Below, piece after piece: positions 33,401-42,922 of a stretch of 64,000 nt of DNA. Position 1 is the stretch's first letter; the number at the start of each line of letters is the position of its first letter. Both the position numbers and the translations under genes were made by a program. Under the pieces are notes generated by a model. That model was not told the DNA's origin, searched no databases, and was given only the letters and a program-made list of their open reading frames with translations. The DNA is from an uncultured Acidobacteriota bacterium (lineage in GTDB: Bacteria > Acidobacteriota > Polarisedimenticolia > J045): positions 192,001-256,000 of the forward strand of contig CAVPCQ010000011.1 in the NCBI GenBank assembly GCA_963702425.1. The letters run 5' to 3'.

Positions 33401-35338
33401 CTACGGCAGCGGTCCCGTGTTCTCGGCGGTCACGAGCCAGCCGTAGTAGCGCGGGCTCGCGGAGGCGGCGCCGGGATCGACGTAGGACGACTCGCCGGCC
33501 CGCGCGATCTCCGGGAAGCTCCCGTTCGACGCCGTGTCGCGGTGGATCGCGTAGAAGGTCACCGGGCCCGATCCGGGTGAGGACTCCGGCGCCTGCCAGT
33601 CGAGCCGTGCGCTCGTCCCCTGCCGCGTGACGCGGAGCGTCCCGCCGAGCGACGGCGGAGGCGCGAGCACGGGACCGTAGAGCACGATCGCCTTCCCTTC
33701 CCGAGACTGGCTGCCGGAGAAGAAGTGCGCGCCCACGACCAGGTCGGGGCGGCCGTCGGCGTTGACGTCGCCCGCGCTCCCCAGCGAGTAGCCCAGCCGC
33801 GCGTCGAACGCACCCCCTTCGGTGACGAATCCGGGCGACGGCTGCAGGCCGCCCGCGCTCCCCAGGTAGAGCAGCGCCCTGCCTTCGTCGGAGAACGAGC
33901 CGTCGTGCAGGAAGGCCCCAACCAGCACGTCGGCGTAGCCATCGCCGTTGTGGTCGCCGACGCCGGCGACCGCGACGCCGAAGGAAGCGCCGGGCTGGTT
34001 GGGCTCGGCGGTCCACACGGGCGCGGCCGACAGTCCCGCCGCCGAGCCGCCGAAGGCGAAGGCCCGTCCCTCGTCGACCTCGCCGTTGTCGAAGACGCGC
34101 GCTCCGACGATCACTTCGCCCCAGCCGTCGCCGTTCGTGTCGCCGGCCCCCGCGACCGACTGCCCGAACGCCGCGCCGGCCTGGCCCCCTTCCGCGCTCC
34201 AGGCGGGGGTCGCGACGAGGCCGGAAGACCGCCCGTGGAAGACCAGCGCGCGTCCCTCTCCGCTCTCGCCGTTCGACCAGCCGGTCGCGCCGACGATCAC
34301 GTCGTCGAAGCCGTCACGGTTGAGGTCCCCGGCCGCGGCGACGGAGAGGCCGAGCAGCTCCCCCGCCTGCCCACCGGTGATGGTCCACGCCGGCGACGAC
34401 TGGAGCCCGCCCGCCGCCCCCAGGAACAGCTCGGCCTTGCCGGCGTCGGCCTGCGCCGTATCCCAGTTCGCGGTTCCGACCAGCACGTCGTCGCGGCCGT
34501 CGCCATTGACGTCCCCCGCACCGGCGATCGCGATCCCGCAGGCGGCGTCGGCCTGGTTCGGCTCCCAGGTCCACGCCGGCGTCGTCTTCGGTCCCGTGGC
34601 CGAGCCGAGGTAGAGGAAGACCCGCCCCTCGTTGGCCTGCCCGTTGTCGAACGACGTGGCCGAGACGAGCACGTCGTCGAAGCCGTCGTGATTGACGTCT
34701 CCCACTCCCGCCACGCGGCGGCCGAAGAAGGCGCCGGCCTGGTTCCCCTCCATCGTCGAGAGCGGGACGGTCGCGAGGCCCGACGGCGATCCGGCGTAGA
34801 CCAGCGCCCGTCCCTCGTCGAGCTGCCCGTTGTCGTACTGGTAGGCGCCGACGATCAGGTCGTCGACGCCGTCGCCGTTGACGTCGCCGGCCCGCGCGAC
34901 CGAGACGCCGAGGAAGGCATCCTGCTGGCCGCCGAGCACGGACCAGCTCGACGGGCCGAGGTCCGCGTCGAGGCTGACCGGGTAGAGCGCGCCGGCGTCG
35001 TCGAACTCGATCGAGACGCCCGTCCCGGAGGGGACGAGGCGCGCCGGGAGCGGACGCCCCAGCGCGTCGCGCACGGTCGCCAGCCGGAAGGCGAGCGGCC
35101 CGACCGAGGCGGCGCTGCCCGAGGGGTCGAGCCACGTCGGCAGGCCCGGGGCCGGCGCGAGATCGATCACGACGGGCCCGCCCCAATGGTCCGGGGGGGC
35201 CGCCAGCTCGAGGTGCCAGGGCCCGTTCGGGGCGGCGGTCGCCGCCTCTGCCGGGGCGGGGCCGGCGGGGACCGGACCAGCCAGGGCAGGGAGAGCAGCA
35301 AGGCAGACGAGGAGTCCGGGGAGGACGCGCTCGGGCAT
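33401..35338 (-). CDS. secreted FG-GAP (integrin-alpha-like beta-propeller) protein with C-terminal FN3-like domain
   Basis: Signal peptide; seven AGD.N.DG..D..VGA repeats; C-terminal LDW..P..Y.IHR..YVD..YY.LVTAEN. Confidence 0.88.
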   Translation of the reverse strand: MPERVLPGLLVCLAALPALAGPVPAGPAPAEAATAAPNGPWHLELAAPPDHWGGPVVIDLAPAPGLPTWLDPSGSAASVGPLAFRLATVRDALGRPLPARLVPSGTGVSIEFDDAGALYPVSLDADLGPSSWSVLGGQQDAFLGVSVARAGDVNGDGVDDLIVGAYQYDNGQLDEGRALVYAGSPSGLATVPLSTMEGNQAGAFFGRRVAGVGDVNHDGFDDVLVSATSFDNGQANEGRVFLYLGSATGPKTTPAWTWEPNQADAACGIAIAGAGDVNGDGRDDVLVGTANWDTAQADAGKAELFLGAAGGLQSSPAWTITGGQAGELLGLSVAAAGDLNRDGFDDVIVGATGWSNGESGEGRALVFHGRSSGLVATPAWSAEGGQAGAAFGQSVAGAGDTNGDGWGEVIVGARVFDNGEVDEGRAFAFGGSAAGLSAAPVWTAEPNQPGASFGVAVAGVGDHNGDGYADVLVGAFLHDGSFSDEGRALLYLGSAGGLQPSPGFVTEGGAFDARLGYSLGSAGDVNADGRPDLVVGAHFFSGSQSREGKAIVLYGPVLAPPPSLGGTLRVTRQGTSARLDWQAPESSPGSGPVTFYAIHRDTASNGSFPEIARAGESSYVDPGAASASPRYYGWLVTAENTGPLP

Positions 35339-35480
35339 GACGGCTCCGGTAACGAACGCCGGCCGCCGCGCGCGAACCGATTCGAAAAGGCGCGAGCGGG
35401 CCGGACCTCGCTCCCCGGCGCGAGGAATGGACTGAATGTGCCGCGACTCGGGGCGGCGTGCACGACGAAAAGCGCTCCCC

Positions 35481-35517
35481 GGAAAAGACAGCGGGCGGCC
35501 GGAGACCGGCCGCCCGC
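35481..35517 (-). terminator. rho-independent terminator after the DUF481 gene
   Basis: Perfect 12-bp stem GCGGGCGGCCGG/CCGGCCGCCCGC (35491-35517), followed on the minus strand by TGTCTTTT. Confidence 0.7.
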
Positions 35518-35534
35518 GCGCCTCCCGGTCCCGG

Positions 35535-36419
35535 CTAGAAGCCGACGACCAGCGAGGTGGTGAAGATCGTGTCGAGCTTGTCCAGCTCTATCGGGTCGGT
35601 ATTCCCGACCTGGTTTCCGCCTTGTCCGTAGACCGGGTACTCCACGGACTGCGGATCGTTGTCGTAAAGGAAGGTCAGGCCGACCTTCAGCGCCAGCATC
35701 TTGTTCATCTGGACCGTCAACGCGTTGTTGGAGTTGATCCGCCAGTCGCTCCCCGTGAAGAAATTCAGGAAGAGGGTGTCGACCGTCTGGAACGAGGTGT
35801 TCGCGTTGAACTTCCAGAGCCAGTTGGCGGTCACGTTGCCGCCCAGGTAGTCGTCGGAGTCGCCGTTGGTCCAGCTCTCCCAGGTGTAGTTGAGCCCGTA
35901 GCTGGTCTTGAAGTGGCCGCGGTCGTTCTCGTACCAGTTGTTGCCGATGCCGCCGGAGACCAGCAAGCGTGAGTCGATTCCCGAGGGCGGGTTCCGCTCC
36001 CATCCCGTCCCTGCGAACCAGTACATCCGTGGACTGATATTGCCCTCGTAGTCGATCGCGAGGACGTAGCGCTCGGCCACCGTCCTCGAGAACTTCTCGC
36101 TGCTGAGCACGTCCCAGTTCGCGCTGTCGTCCGGGTCGGTGTCGATCCCGAAATAGAGCGTCTCGTCGGTCTTCGCCCGGATGCCGAACGCATAGAGCTT
36201 GAGTTGCGCCTCGGACCAGCGATACAGGAGCGTGTTGGCGAGGCTGATCGAGCTCGAGTCGGCGTTGCCGGCGGTCAGGGTCCAGGCCAACTCGCCCTGG
36301 TCGGCCCAGCCGAGCTTCGGCTTCTCGGGCGCGGGCGGGGGGGCCTGGGCCAGCGCCGGCGCGAAGACGGCGGCCGCGAGCAGCGCGGCGGCGACGATCG
36401 GAGTCAGACGGATCCGCAT
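35535..36419 (-). CDS. DUF481 (YdiY-like) outer-membrane beta-barrel protein
   Basis: Signal peptide; TAGNADSSS, ERY, GID.R, YDNDP, D.IFTTSLVVGF with terminal Phe. Confidence 0.82.
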   Translation of the reverse strand: MRIRLTPIVAAALLAAAVFAPALAQAPPPAPEKPKLGWADQGELAWTLTAGNADSSSISLANTLLYRWSEAQLKLYAFGIRAKTDETLYFGIDTDPDDSANWDVLSSEKFSRTVAERYVLAIDYEGNISPRMYWFAGTGWERNPPSGIDSRLLVSGGIGNNWYENDRGHFKTSYGLNYTWESWTNGDSDDYLGGNVTANWLWKFNANTSFQTVDTLFLNFFTGSDWRINSNNALTVQMNKMLALKVGLTFLYDNDPQSVEYPVYGQGGNQVGNTDPIELDKLDTIFTTSLVVGF

Positions 36420-36445
36420 GGCATTCGTTCCTTTCTCGAGGAGGG

Positions 36446-37165
36446 TCAGCGCTTTTCGTCGTGCTCGAACAGCGCTTTGAACAGGAACCCGGCGACCAGG
36501 GCGCCGACGATCGGCGCGACCCAGAAGAGCCAGAGCTGGGAAACCGCCCAGCCGCCGACGAAGAGCGCCGGCCCGGTGCTGCGCGCGGGGTTCACCGAGG
36601 TGTTGGTCACGGGGATGCTGATCAGGTGGATCAGGGTCAGCGCGAAGCCGATCGCGATCGGGGCGAAGCCGGCTGGGGCGCGCCCGTGGGTCGAGCCGAG
36701 GATGATCAGCAGAAAGAAGCAGGTCAGGACGATCTCGACCACCAGCGCCGAGGTCAAGTTGTAGCCGCCCGGCGAGTGGGCTCCGTAGCCGTTGGCGGCG
36801 AAGCCGCTGGCCGCGGCGTCAAAACCGGCCTTCCCGCTGGCGATCAGGTACAGCACGCCCGACGCGGCGGCGGCCCCGATCACCTGGGAGACGACGTACG
36901 GCAGGATGTCGGACGCGGGGAAGCGCTTGCCCGCCCAGAGCCCGACGGTCACGGCCGGGTTGAAGTGGCCGCCGGAGATCCCGCCGACCGTGTAAGCCAT
37001 CGTCAGAACCGTCAGGCCGAAGGCGAACGCGACCCCGAGCAGCCCGATGCCGATCGCATTGCCCGAGTCGGGGAACGCGGCGGCGAGCACGGCGCTCCCG
37101 CAGCCGCCGAAGACCAGCCAGAAGGTACCGAAGAACTCGGCTGCACAGCGCGTGGACAGCTTCAT
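36446..37165 (-). CDS. aqpZ: aquaporin Z
   Basis: [50 protein letters not shown]. Confidence 0.96.
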   Translation of the reverse strand: MKLSTRCAAEFFGTFWLVFGGCGSAVLAAAFPDSGNAIGIGLLGVAFAFGLTVLTMAYTVGGISGGHFNPAVTVGLWAGKRFPASDILPYVVSQVIGAAAASGVLYLIASGKAGFDAAASGFAANGYGAHSPGGYNLTSALVVEIVLTCFFLLIILGSTHGRAPAGFAPIAIGFALTLIHLISIPVTNTSVNPARSTGPALFVGGWAVSQLWLFWVAPIVGALVAGFLFKALFEHDEKR

Positions 37166-37229
37166 GGTTCGTCTCCTCGAGTAAGGGATTCGCGGGGCAC
37201 CGCTGCGCCCCGTCCCGCCGCGGCGCGCG

Positions 37230-37258
37230 ATTACAGGCCGAGCGCGCTCCATTGTCAA
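37230..37258 (-). promoter_or_regulatory. sigma-70 promoter for aqpZ-DUF481
   Basis: Minus strand TTGACA-17 bp-TGTAAT, 65 bp upstream of the aqpZ ATG. Confidence 0.75.
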
Positions 37259-37387
37259 GGCTTCAGGACCTGTCCGGCGGGCCGGCCGGGGCCGGATCCG
37301 GCAGTGGACGGATCCCCCGGCGTTTGACCGCGCCGTCGCGGTCGGTGAAGATCCGCGCGGCGCGTGCCCTTACGGAGGTCTCCTGAC

Positions 37388-38608
37388 ATGGCGCAGCTCG
37401 TCGGCAAGGCGGTCGTGGCCCAGGGCGGCGGCCCGACCGCGGTCATCAATCAGACCCTGGCCGGGGTCGCGCTCGAAGCGATGAAGCACCCGGGGATCAC
37501 GCGCCTCTACGGCGCTGTCCACGGGGTGCGCGGGGTTCTGAACGAGGAGTTCCTCGACCTCTCCCAGGAGACCCCGGCGAACCTGCTGCGCGTCGCCGCG
37601 GCGCCCAGCTCCGCCCTGCTCTCGACCCGCGACAAGCCGGACGAGGAGTACTGCCGGAAGCTCTTCCGCACGCTCAAGGCCCACGACGTGCGCTTCTTTT
37701 TCTACATCGGCGGCAACGACTCGTCGGACACGGTGCGGATCGTCGCCGAGCAGGCCGCGAAGGACGGCTACGAGCTGCGCGCGATTCACCTGCCGAAGAC
37801 GATCGACAACGACCTCGTCGAGAACGACCACACCCCGGGCTTCCCTTCCGCGGCGCGGTTCGTGGCCCAGGCCTTCATGGGCGCCAACCTCGACAACCGC
37901 TCGCTCCCGGGGGTCTACATCGCGGTCGTGATGGGGCGCCACGCCGGGTTCCTGACCGCCGCCGGAGCGGCGGGCCGGACGTTCGACGACGACGGGCCGC
38001 ACCTGGTCTACCTGCCGGAGCGGCCGTTCTCGAAGGAGCGCTTCCTGGCCGACGTGGACGGCGTGATGAGGCGCCTGGGGCGCTGCATCGTCGCGGTCAG
38101 CGAGGGGGTGGCCGACGAACAGCACCGGCCGATCGCGACCCTGCTGACCGAGACGGTCGAGCGCGACGCGCACGGCAACGTGCAGCTCTCCGGTTCCGGC
38201 GAGCTGGGCGACCTGCTCAAGGACCTGGTCAAGAAGGAGCTGAAGATCAGCCGGGCCCGCGCCGACACCTTCGGCTACCTGCAGCGCTCGTTCATGGGGG
38301 TCGTCTCCGACGTCGACCAGCGCGAGGCGCGCGAGGCCGGCGAGCGGGGCGTGCAATTCGCGGTCTCCGGCGGGGCGAGCGGCTCGGTCGCGATCCGGCG
38401 GGTCGGGAACTACGCGGTCGACTACGCCCTGGTCCCGCTCTCGGCGGTCGCGGCCAAGACGCGCACGATGGACGCCGCGTTCATCGCGCCCGCGGCGAAC
38501 GACGTGACGCCGGCGTTCCTCGACTACCTGCGGCCGCTGCTCGGCTCCGGCTTCCCCGAGACCGCGCGGCTGTGCGCGCCGCGCGTCGCCAAGCTGCTCG
38601 CTCCGTGA
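37388..38608 (+). CDS. pfp: 6-phosphofructokinase, predicted pyrophosphate-dependent
   Basis: QGGGPTAVIN, IGGNDS (Asp determinant), PKTIDND (Lys determinant), MGRHAG, GYLQR; GGAGG RBS. Confidence 0.85.
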   Translation: MAQLVGKAVVAQGGGPTAVINQTLAGVALEAMKHPGITRLYGAVHGVRGVLNEEFLDLSQETPANLLRVAAAPSSALLSTRDKPDEEYCRKLFRTLKAHDVRFFFYIGGNDSSDTVRIVAEQAAKDGYELRAIHLPKTIDNDLVENDHTPGFPSAARFVAQAFMGANLDNRSLPGVYIAVVMGRHAGFLTAAGAAGRTFDDDGPHLVYLPERPFSKERFLADVDGVMRRLGRCIVAVSEGVADEQHRPIATLLTETVERDAHGNVQLSGSGELGDLLKDLVKKELKISRARADTFGYLQRSFMGVVSDVDQREAREAGERGVQFAVSGGASGSVAIRRVGNYAVDYALVPLSAVAAKTRTMDAAFIAPAANDVTPAFLDYLRPLLGSGFPETARLCAPRVAKLLAP

Positions 38609-39249
38609 CGCGCGCGCTGTTCTGGGACAACGACGGCGTCCTCGTCGACACCGAACGGATCTACTTCGAGGCGACGCGCGACACGATGGCACGCCTTGGG
38701 GTCGAGCTGACGCGCGAGCAGTACTACGAGCTGTTCCTGGTCCAGGCGAAAGGGGCGTGGCACCTCGCGCGCGGCGGGGCGCTGACGCCGGAGGAGGTCG
38801 CGCGCCACCGCGCCGAGCGCGACGAGCTCTACGCCTGGCGGCTGGCGCAGGAGTCGGCGGCCGTGCCGGGGGCGGAAGAGGTCCTGCGCGCGCTCCACGG
38901 GCGGCTCCCGATGGGGGTCGTGACCAGCAGCCGCCGGCACCACTTCGAGATCATCCACCGCCGGACCGGTTTCCTTCCGTACCTCGATTTCGCGATCACG
39001 ATCGACGAGTGCGCGCGCTGCAAGCCCGACCCGGAGCCGTACCGGCGCGCGGTGGAGCGCGTCGGCTTCGCGCCGGGCGAGTGCCTCGCGATCGAGGACT
39101 CCGAGCGCGGGCTGGCCGCGGCGCACGCGGCCGGGGTCCCCTGCTGGATCATCCCGACGGCGCTCACGGCGCACGGCGACTTTTCGCGCGCCGCCGCGGT
39201 GCTGGGGTCGGTCGCGGAGGTGGCGGAGCGACTCGCGTCCGATCGCTGA
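38605..39249 (+). CDS. HAD-IA family phosphatase (CbbY/beta-PGM-like)
   Basis: WDNDGVLVDTE, VTSS, KPDPEPY, IEDS; GTG overlaps the PFK stop. Confidence 0.9.
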   Translation: MTRALFWDNDGVLVDTERIYFEATRDTMARLGVELTREQYYELFLVQAKGAWHLARGGALTPEEVARHRAERDELYAWRLAQESAAVPGAEEVLRALHGRLPMGVVTSSRRHHFEIIHRRTGFLPYLDFAITIDECARCKPDPEPYRRAVERVGFAPGECLAIEDSERGLAAAHAAGVPCWIIPTALTAHGDFSRAAAVLGSVAEVAERLASDR

Positions 39250-39267
39250 CCGCCCGGGCCGCGGCCG

Positions 39268-40800
39268 CTACAGCCTCGCCTCGACCGCCTTGATCACGGT
39301 CTCGACCACCTTGGCCCGCGCCCAGAGCTTGTCGTCCGCCTCGACCACGGTCCACGGCGCGTGCGTCGTGCTGGTCTGGCGCAGCATGTCGGTCACCGCG
39401 GCCAGGTAGGGCGGCCACTGGGCCCGGTTGCGCCAGTCCTCCTCGGTGATCTTGTGGCGCCGCAACGGCGACTGCTCGCGGCGGCGGAAGCGCGCGAGCT
39501 GCTCCTCCGGCGAGATGTGCAGCCAGAACTTGACGACCACCGTCTTGTGCGTCACGAGCGACCGCTCGAACTCATTGATCTCCTGGAAGGCGCGGCCCCA
39601 CTCGGTCTGGGCCGCGAACCCCTCGACCCGCTCGACCAGCACCCGTCCGTACCAGGAGCGGTCGAAGATCGCCCAGTGGCCGTCCTTCGGGATCTCGCTC
39701 CAGAAGCGCCAGAGATAGTGGTGCGCCTTCTCGGTCGCGGTCGGGGCGGCGAACGGTACGACCTCGTAGCCGCGCGGGTCGAGCGACTCGGTCAGCCGGC
39801 GGATTGCGCCCCCCTTCCCCGCGGCGTCCCAGCCCTCGAAGACGATCACCACCGGCAGGCGCTTCGTGTAGCAGAGGAACTCCAGCTCGCGGAGCCGCGC
39901 CTGGCCCTTCTTCAGCCGCTTGGCGTATTCATCGCGGTCGAGGCGCCGCGACAGGTCGGCCCGCGCCAGCGGCGAGTCCTTCGGGATGACCGGCGGCGTC
40001 TCGAGCGGGTCGGTCGCTACGATCGGCTTGAGCTTCTTCCCCGCCACCGGGGCGTCGGGCAGCTCCTCCGGCGTCGGGGCGTGGATCCCGCGCTGCTCGA
40101 GCGCGCGGCGCATCGCGTCCGCAACCGCGGACAGCACCCGCACGCGGCGGTGGTTCTCGTCCTCCGCCTCGATCAGCGTCCACGGGCCGCGATGCGTGTT
40201 GGTGCGGGCGAGCATCTCCTCGGCCAGGGCCTGCCGCCGCGGGTAGTTGCGCTGCCGCGTCCAGTCCTCGTCGGAGACGCGCCAGCGCTGCGTCTCGTCC
40301 TTGGCCCAGGCCTTGAGCCGGCGCTTCTGCTCGTCCGGGCCGATGTGCAGCCAGCACTTCACGAGCGCGGTGCCGTCCTCGACGAGCTGCCGCTCGAACT
40401 CGTCCACCGCCTGCAGCTCGCGCTCCCAGCGCGCGGCGTCGATCGTCGCCTCGTCACGCTGGTTCCAGAGCAGGTAGTACCAGGAGCGGTCGAAGACCGC
40501 GATCCGGCCGCGGGGCGGAGTGCAGCGCCAGAAGCGCCACTGCCAGGGCCTCAGCCGGTCCTCCTCGGACGAGGCGTGGGTCACGTGGACGCGCGTCGCC
40601 CGCGGATCGAGGTGGTGGACGAGCTGGCCGATCGAGTCGCCGCGCCCTGACGCGAACCAACCTTCGAAGAGGACCAGCACGGGGATGTCGTGCTCGAAGA
40701 CGGCGCGCTGCAGGATCGGCAGCTCGAGCTCCAGGCGGTCCATCGCCTCGCGGAAGGCCTTGTTCCCCAGCCGCGCCTTCAGGTCCAGCGTCTCGAGCAT
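39268..40800 (-). CDS. pap: two-domain polyphosphate:AMP phosphotransferase (PPK2 class II)
   Basis: Duplicated PPK2 fold; C-domain FEGWDAAGKGG, FDRSWYGRVLVERVEG, EDWRNR; N-domain FEGWFASGRG. Confidence 0.9.
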   Translation of the reverse strand: MLETLDLKARLGNKAFREAMDRLELELPILQRAVFEHDIPVLVLFEGWFASGRGDSIGQLVHHLDPRATRVHVTHASSEEDRLRPWQWRFWRCTPPRGRIAVFDRSWYYLLWNQRDEATIDAARWERELQAVDEFERQLVEDGTALVKCWLHIGPDEQKRRLKAWAKDETQRWRVSDEDWTRQRNYPRRQALAEEMLARTNTHRGPWTLIEAEDENHRRVRVLSAVADAMRRALEQRGIHAPTPEELPDAPVAGKKLKPIVATDPLETPPVIPKDSPLARADLSRRLDRDEYAKRLKKGQARLRELEFLCYTKRLPVVIVFEGWDAAGKGGAIRRLTESLDPRGYEVVPFAAPTATEKAHHYLWRFWSEIPKDGHWAIFDRSWYGRVLVERVEGFAAQTEWGRAFQEINEFERSLVTHKTVVVKFWLHISPEEQLARFRRREQSPLRRHKITEEDWRNRAQWPPYLAAVTDMLRQTSTTHAPWTVVEADDKLWARAKVVETVIKAVEARL

Positions 40801-40910
40801 CGGCGGATCTCTCCGGGGGCCGCAGCCCCCCACCGCACAATCTAGTGGACTCCGCCCCCGAATGGGGACGGGCCGGGGCGGGCGCGGTACACTTCGGACG
40901 CTATCTTGGA

Positions 40911-41873
40911 ATGCGGGGGAAGGGACGGGTCGTGGGCCTTGGGGGTCGTTCCGCGGCGCGGCCGGGCCCGGCCGGCGCCGTCCTGGCGCTGCTGCTGGCG
41001 GCGCCCCTGCTGCCCGCCTGCTCGGTCCAGAAGATGGCCGCCGACCGCCTCGGGGCCGCCCTGGCCTCGGGCAACTCGGTCTACGCCACGGACGACGACC
41101 CGGAACTGGTCGGCGACGCGCTGCCGTTCGCGCTCAAGACGATCGAGAGCCTGCTGGCGATCTCGCCCGAGAACCCTGACCTGCTGCTCTCCGCGGCCAG
41201 CGGCTTCACCCAGTACGGCTACGCCTACCTACAGTCCGAGGCCGACTACGTCGAGGGCACCGACCTGCCGCGGGCGACCCACCTGCGCGGGCGGGCGACC
41301 CGGATGTACGAACGCGCCCTCGGCTACGGCCAGCGCGGGCTCGAGGCCCGGCACCCCGGCTTCACGGCCGAGCTGCGCCGCGACCCCGCCGCCGCGCTGG
41401 GGAAGACGTCCGCGACGGACGTCGCGCTGCTGTACTGGACCGGCGCGGCCTGGGCCGCGGCGATCGCCAGCGCCAAGGACGACGCGGAGCTGTCGGCCGA
41501 CCTGCCGACGGTCGAGGCGATCATGACCCGCGCGCGGACGCTCGACCCCGGCTACGGAGACGGCGCGATCTGGGACTTCTTCATCAGCTACGACGGCGGC
41601 CGCCCGGCCGCGGCCGGCGGCTCACCGGCCAAGGCGCGGGAGGCATTCGACAAGGCCGTCGCCGCGTCCGCAGGGAAGCGCGCGGCACCCTACGTGAGCT
41701 ACGCCGAGACCGTCTCGATCTCGACCCAGGACCGCAGGGAATTCGTCACGCTGCTCGAGGCCGCGCTGGCGATCGACCCCGACGCCGCCCCCGAACAGCG
41801 GCTGGCCAACCTGATCGCCCAGAAGCGCGCGCGCTGGCTGCTCGCGCGCCAGGACGAGCTCTTCCTCGAGTGA
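40911..41873 (+). CDS. TatT TPR lipoprotein of a TPAT (TPR-associated TRAP) transporter
   Basis: Lipobox LPAC; DDDPELVGDALPF.LK.IESLL, N.IAQ.RA.WLL..F; first gene of a TRAP operon. Start uncertain. Confidence 0.85.
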   Translation: MRGKGRVVGLGGRSAARPGPAGAVLALLLAAPLLPACSVQKMAADRLGAALASGNSVYATDDDPELVGDALPFALKTIESLLAISPENPDLLLSAASGFTQYGYAYLQSEADYVEGTDLPRATHLRGRATRMYERALGYGQRGLEARHPGFTAELRRDPAAALGKTSATDVALLYWTGAAWAAAIASAKDDAELSADLPTVEAIMTRARTLDPGYGDGAIWDFFISYDGGRPAAAGGSPAKAREAFDKAVAASAGKRAAPYVSYAETVSISTQDRREFVTLLEAALAIDPDAAPEQRLANLIAQKRARWLLARQDELFLE

Positions 41874-41893
41874 CGCACCCAAGGAACGACCCG

Positions 41894-42922
41894 ATGCTGC
41901 CGCTCTCCATCCGGACCGCCGCCCGCACCGCCGCGCTGCTCGCGGCGCTGCTCTCGTTTCCCGTCGCCTCGGCCCAGACCGTGATCAAGATGGCGACGCT
42001 CGTGCCGCAGGGATCGTCCTGGCACCAGGCGCTGCAGGAGATGGCCGCGGATTGGCAGAAGCTCTCCGGCGGCAAGGTGACGCTGCGTCTCTACCCCGGG
42101 GGTGTCGCCGGCGACGACAGCGACGTCATTCGGAAGATGCGCCTGGGAACCCTCAACGGTGCGCTCGTCACCGGCACCGGGCTGCAGGACGTCGACCGCA
42201 GCGTGCTCGCGCTGCAGATCCCGATGGCCTACGCCGACTACGCCGAGTTCGACTGCGCGCTGGAGAAGATCGGCCCGACGATCGAGCAGACGCTCGAGGC
42301 GCGCGGTTTCGTGCTGCTCGGCTGGACCGACGGCGGCTTCGTCCACTTCTTCGCCAAGGCGCCGGTCCGCGTTCCCGACGACCTGAAGAAGCAGAAGCTG
42401 TTCGTCTGGGCCGGCGACGACCTGCTGGTCGAGCTGTGGAAGAAGGCGGGCTTCAACCCGATCCCGCTCCCCTCCACCGAGATCTCGACCGCGCTCCAGA
42501 CCGGGCTCGTCACCGTGGTCCCGGCTCCCCCGCAGGCCGCGGTGCTGCTGCAGTGGTACAACCAGGCGAAGAACATGACCGACCTCAACTGGGGGATCCT
42601 CCTCGGCGGCATCGTCGTCTCCAGGGACGCCTGGGACAAGATCCCGGCCGAGTTCCGCCCCGCGCTGAAGGAGTCGGCCCGCAAGACCGCACGGCGGCTG
42701 GCCGAGCTGACGCGGGAGTCGGAGCCGAAGGACATCGACGCGATGACCAAGCGCGGGCTCACCGTGGTGAAGCTCGACGCGGCCGCGCTGCAGCAATGGC
42801 GCGCGATCGCCGAGGGGGTCTACCCGACGATCCGCGGCAAGTTCATTCCGGCCGAAGCGTTCGACGCCGGGCTCAAGGCCCGCGACGCGTGCCGCGCGGC
42901 CGCCAAGGCCACCCCGCGTTGA
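41894..42922 (+). CDS. dctP: TRAP solute-binding protein (DctP/TatP)
   Basis: Signal peptide; IKMATLVPQGSSW, YPGGVAGD, ALQTG. Confidence 0.9.
   Translation: MLPLSIRTAARTAALLAALLSFPVASAQTVIKMATLVPQGSSWHQALQEMAADWQKLSGGKVTLRLYPGGVAGDDSDVIRKMRLGTLNGALVTGTGLQDVDRSVLALQIPMAYADYAEFDCALEKIGPTIEQTLEARGFVLLGWTDGGFVHFFAKAPVRVPDDLKKQKLFVWAGDDLLVELWKKAGFNPIPLPSTEISTALQTGLVTVVPAPPQAAVLLQWYNQAKNMTDLNWGILLGGIVVSRDAWDKIPAEFRPALKESARKTARRLAELTRESEPKDIDAMTKRGLTVVKLDAAALQQWRAIAEGVYPTIRGKFIPAEAFDAGLKARDACRAAAKATPR

Noticed and set aside
33680-34950. Periodic DNA repeats as a possible CRISPR array
   Set aside because: They are degenerate coding FG-GAP repeats; no identical repeats, spacers or cas genes.
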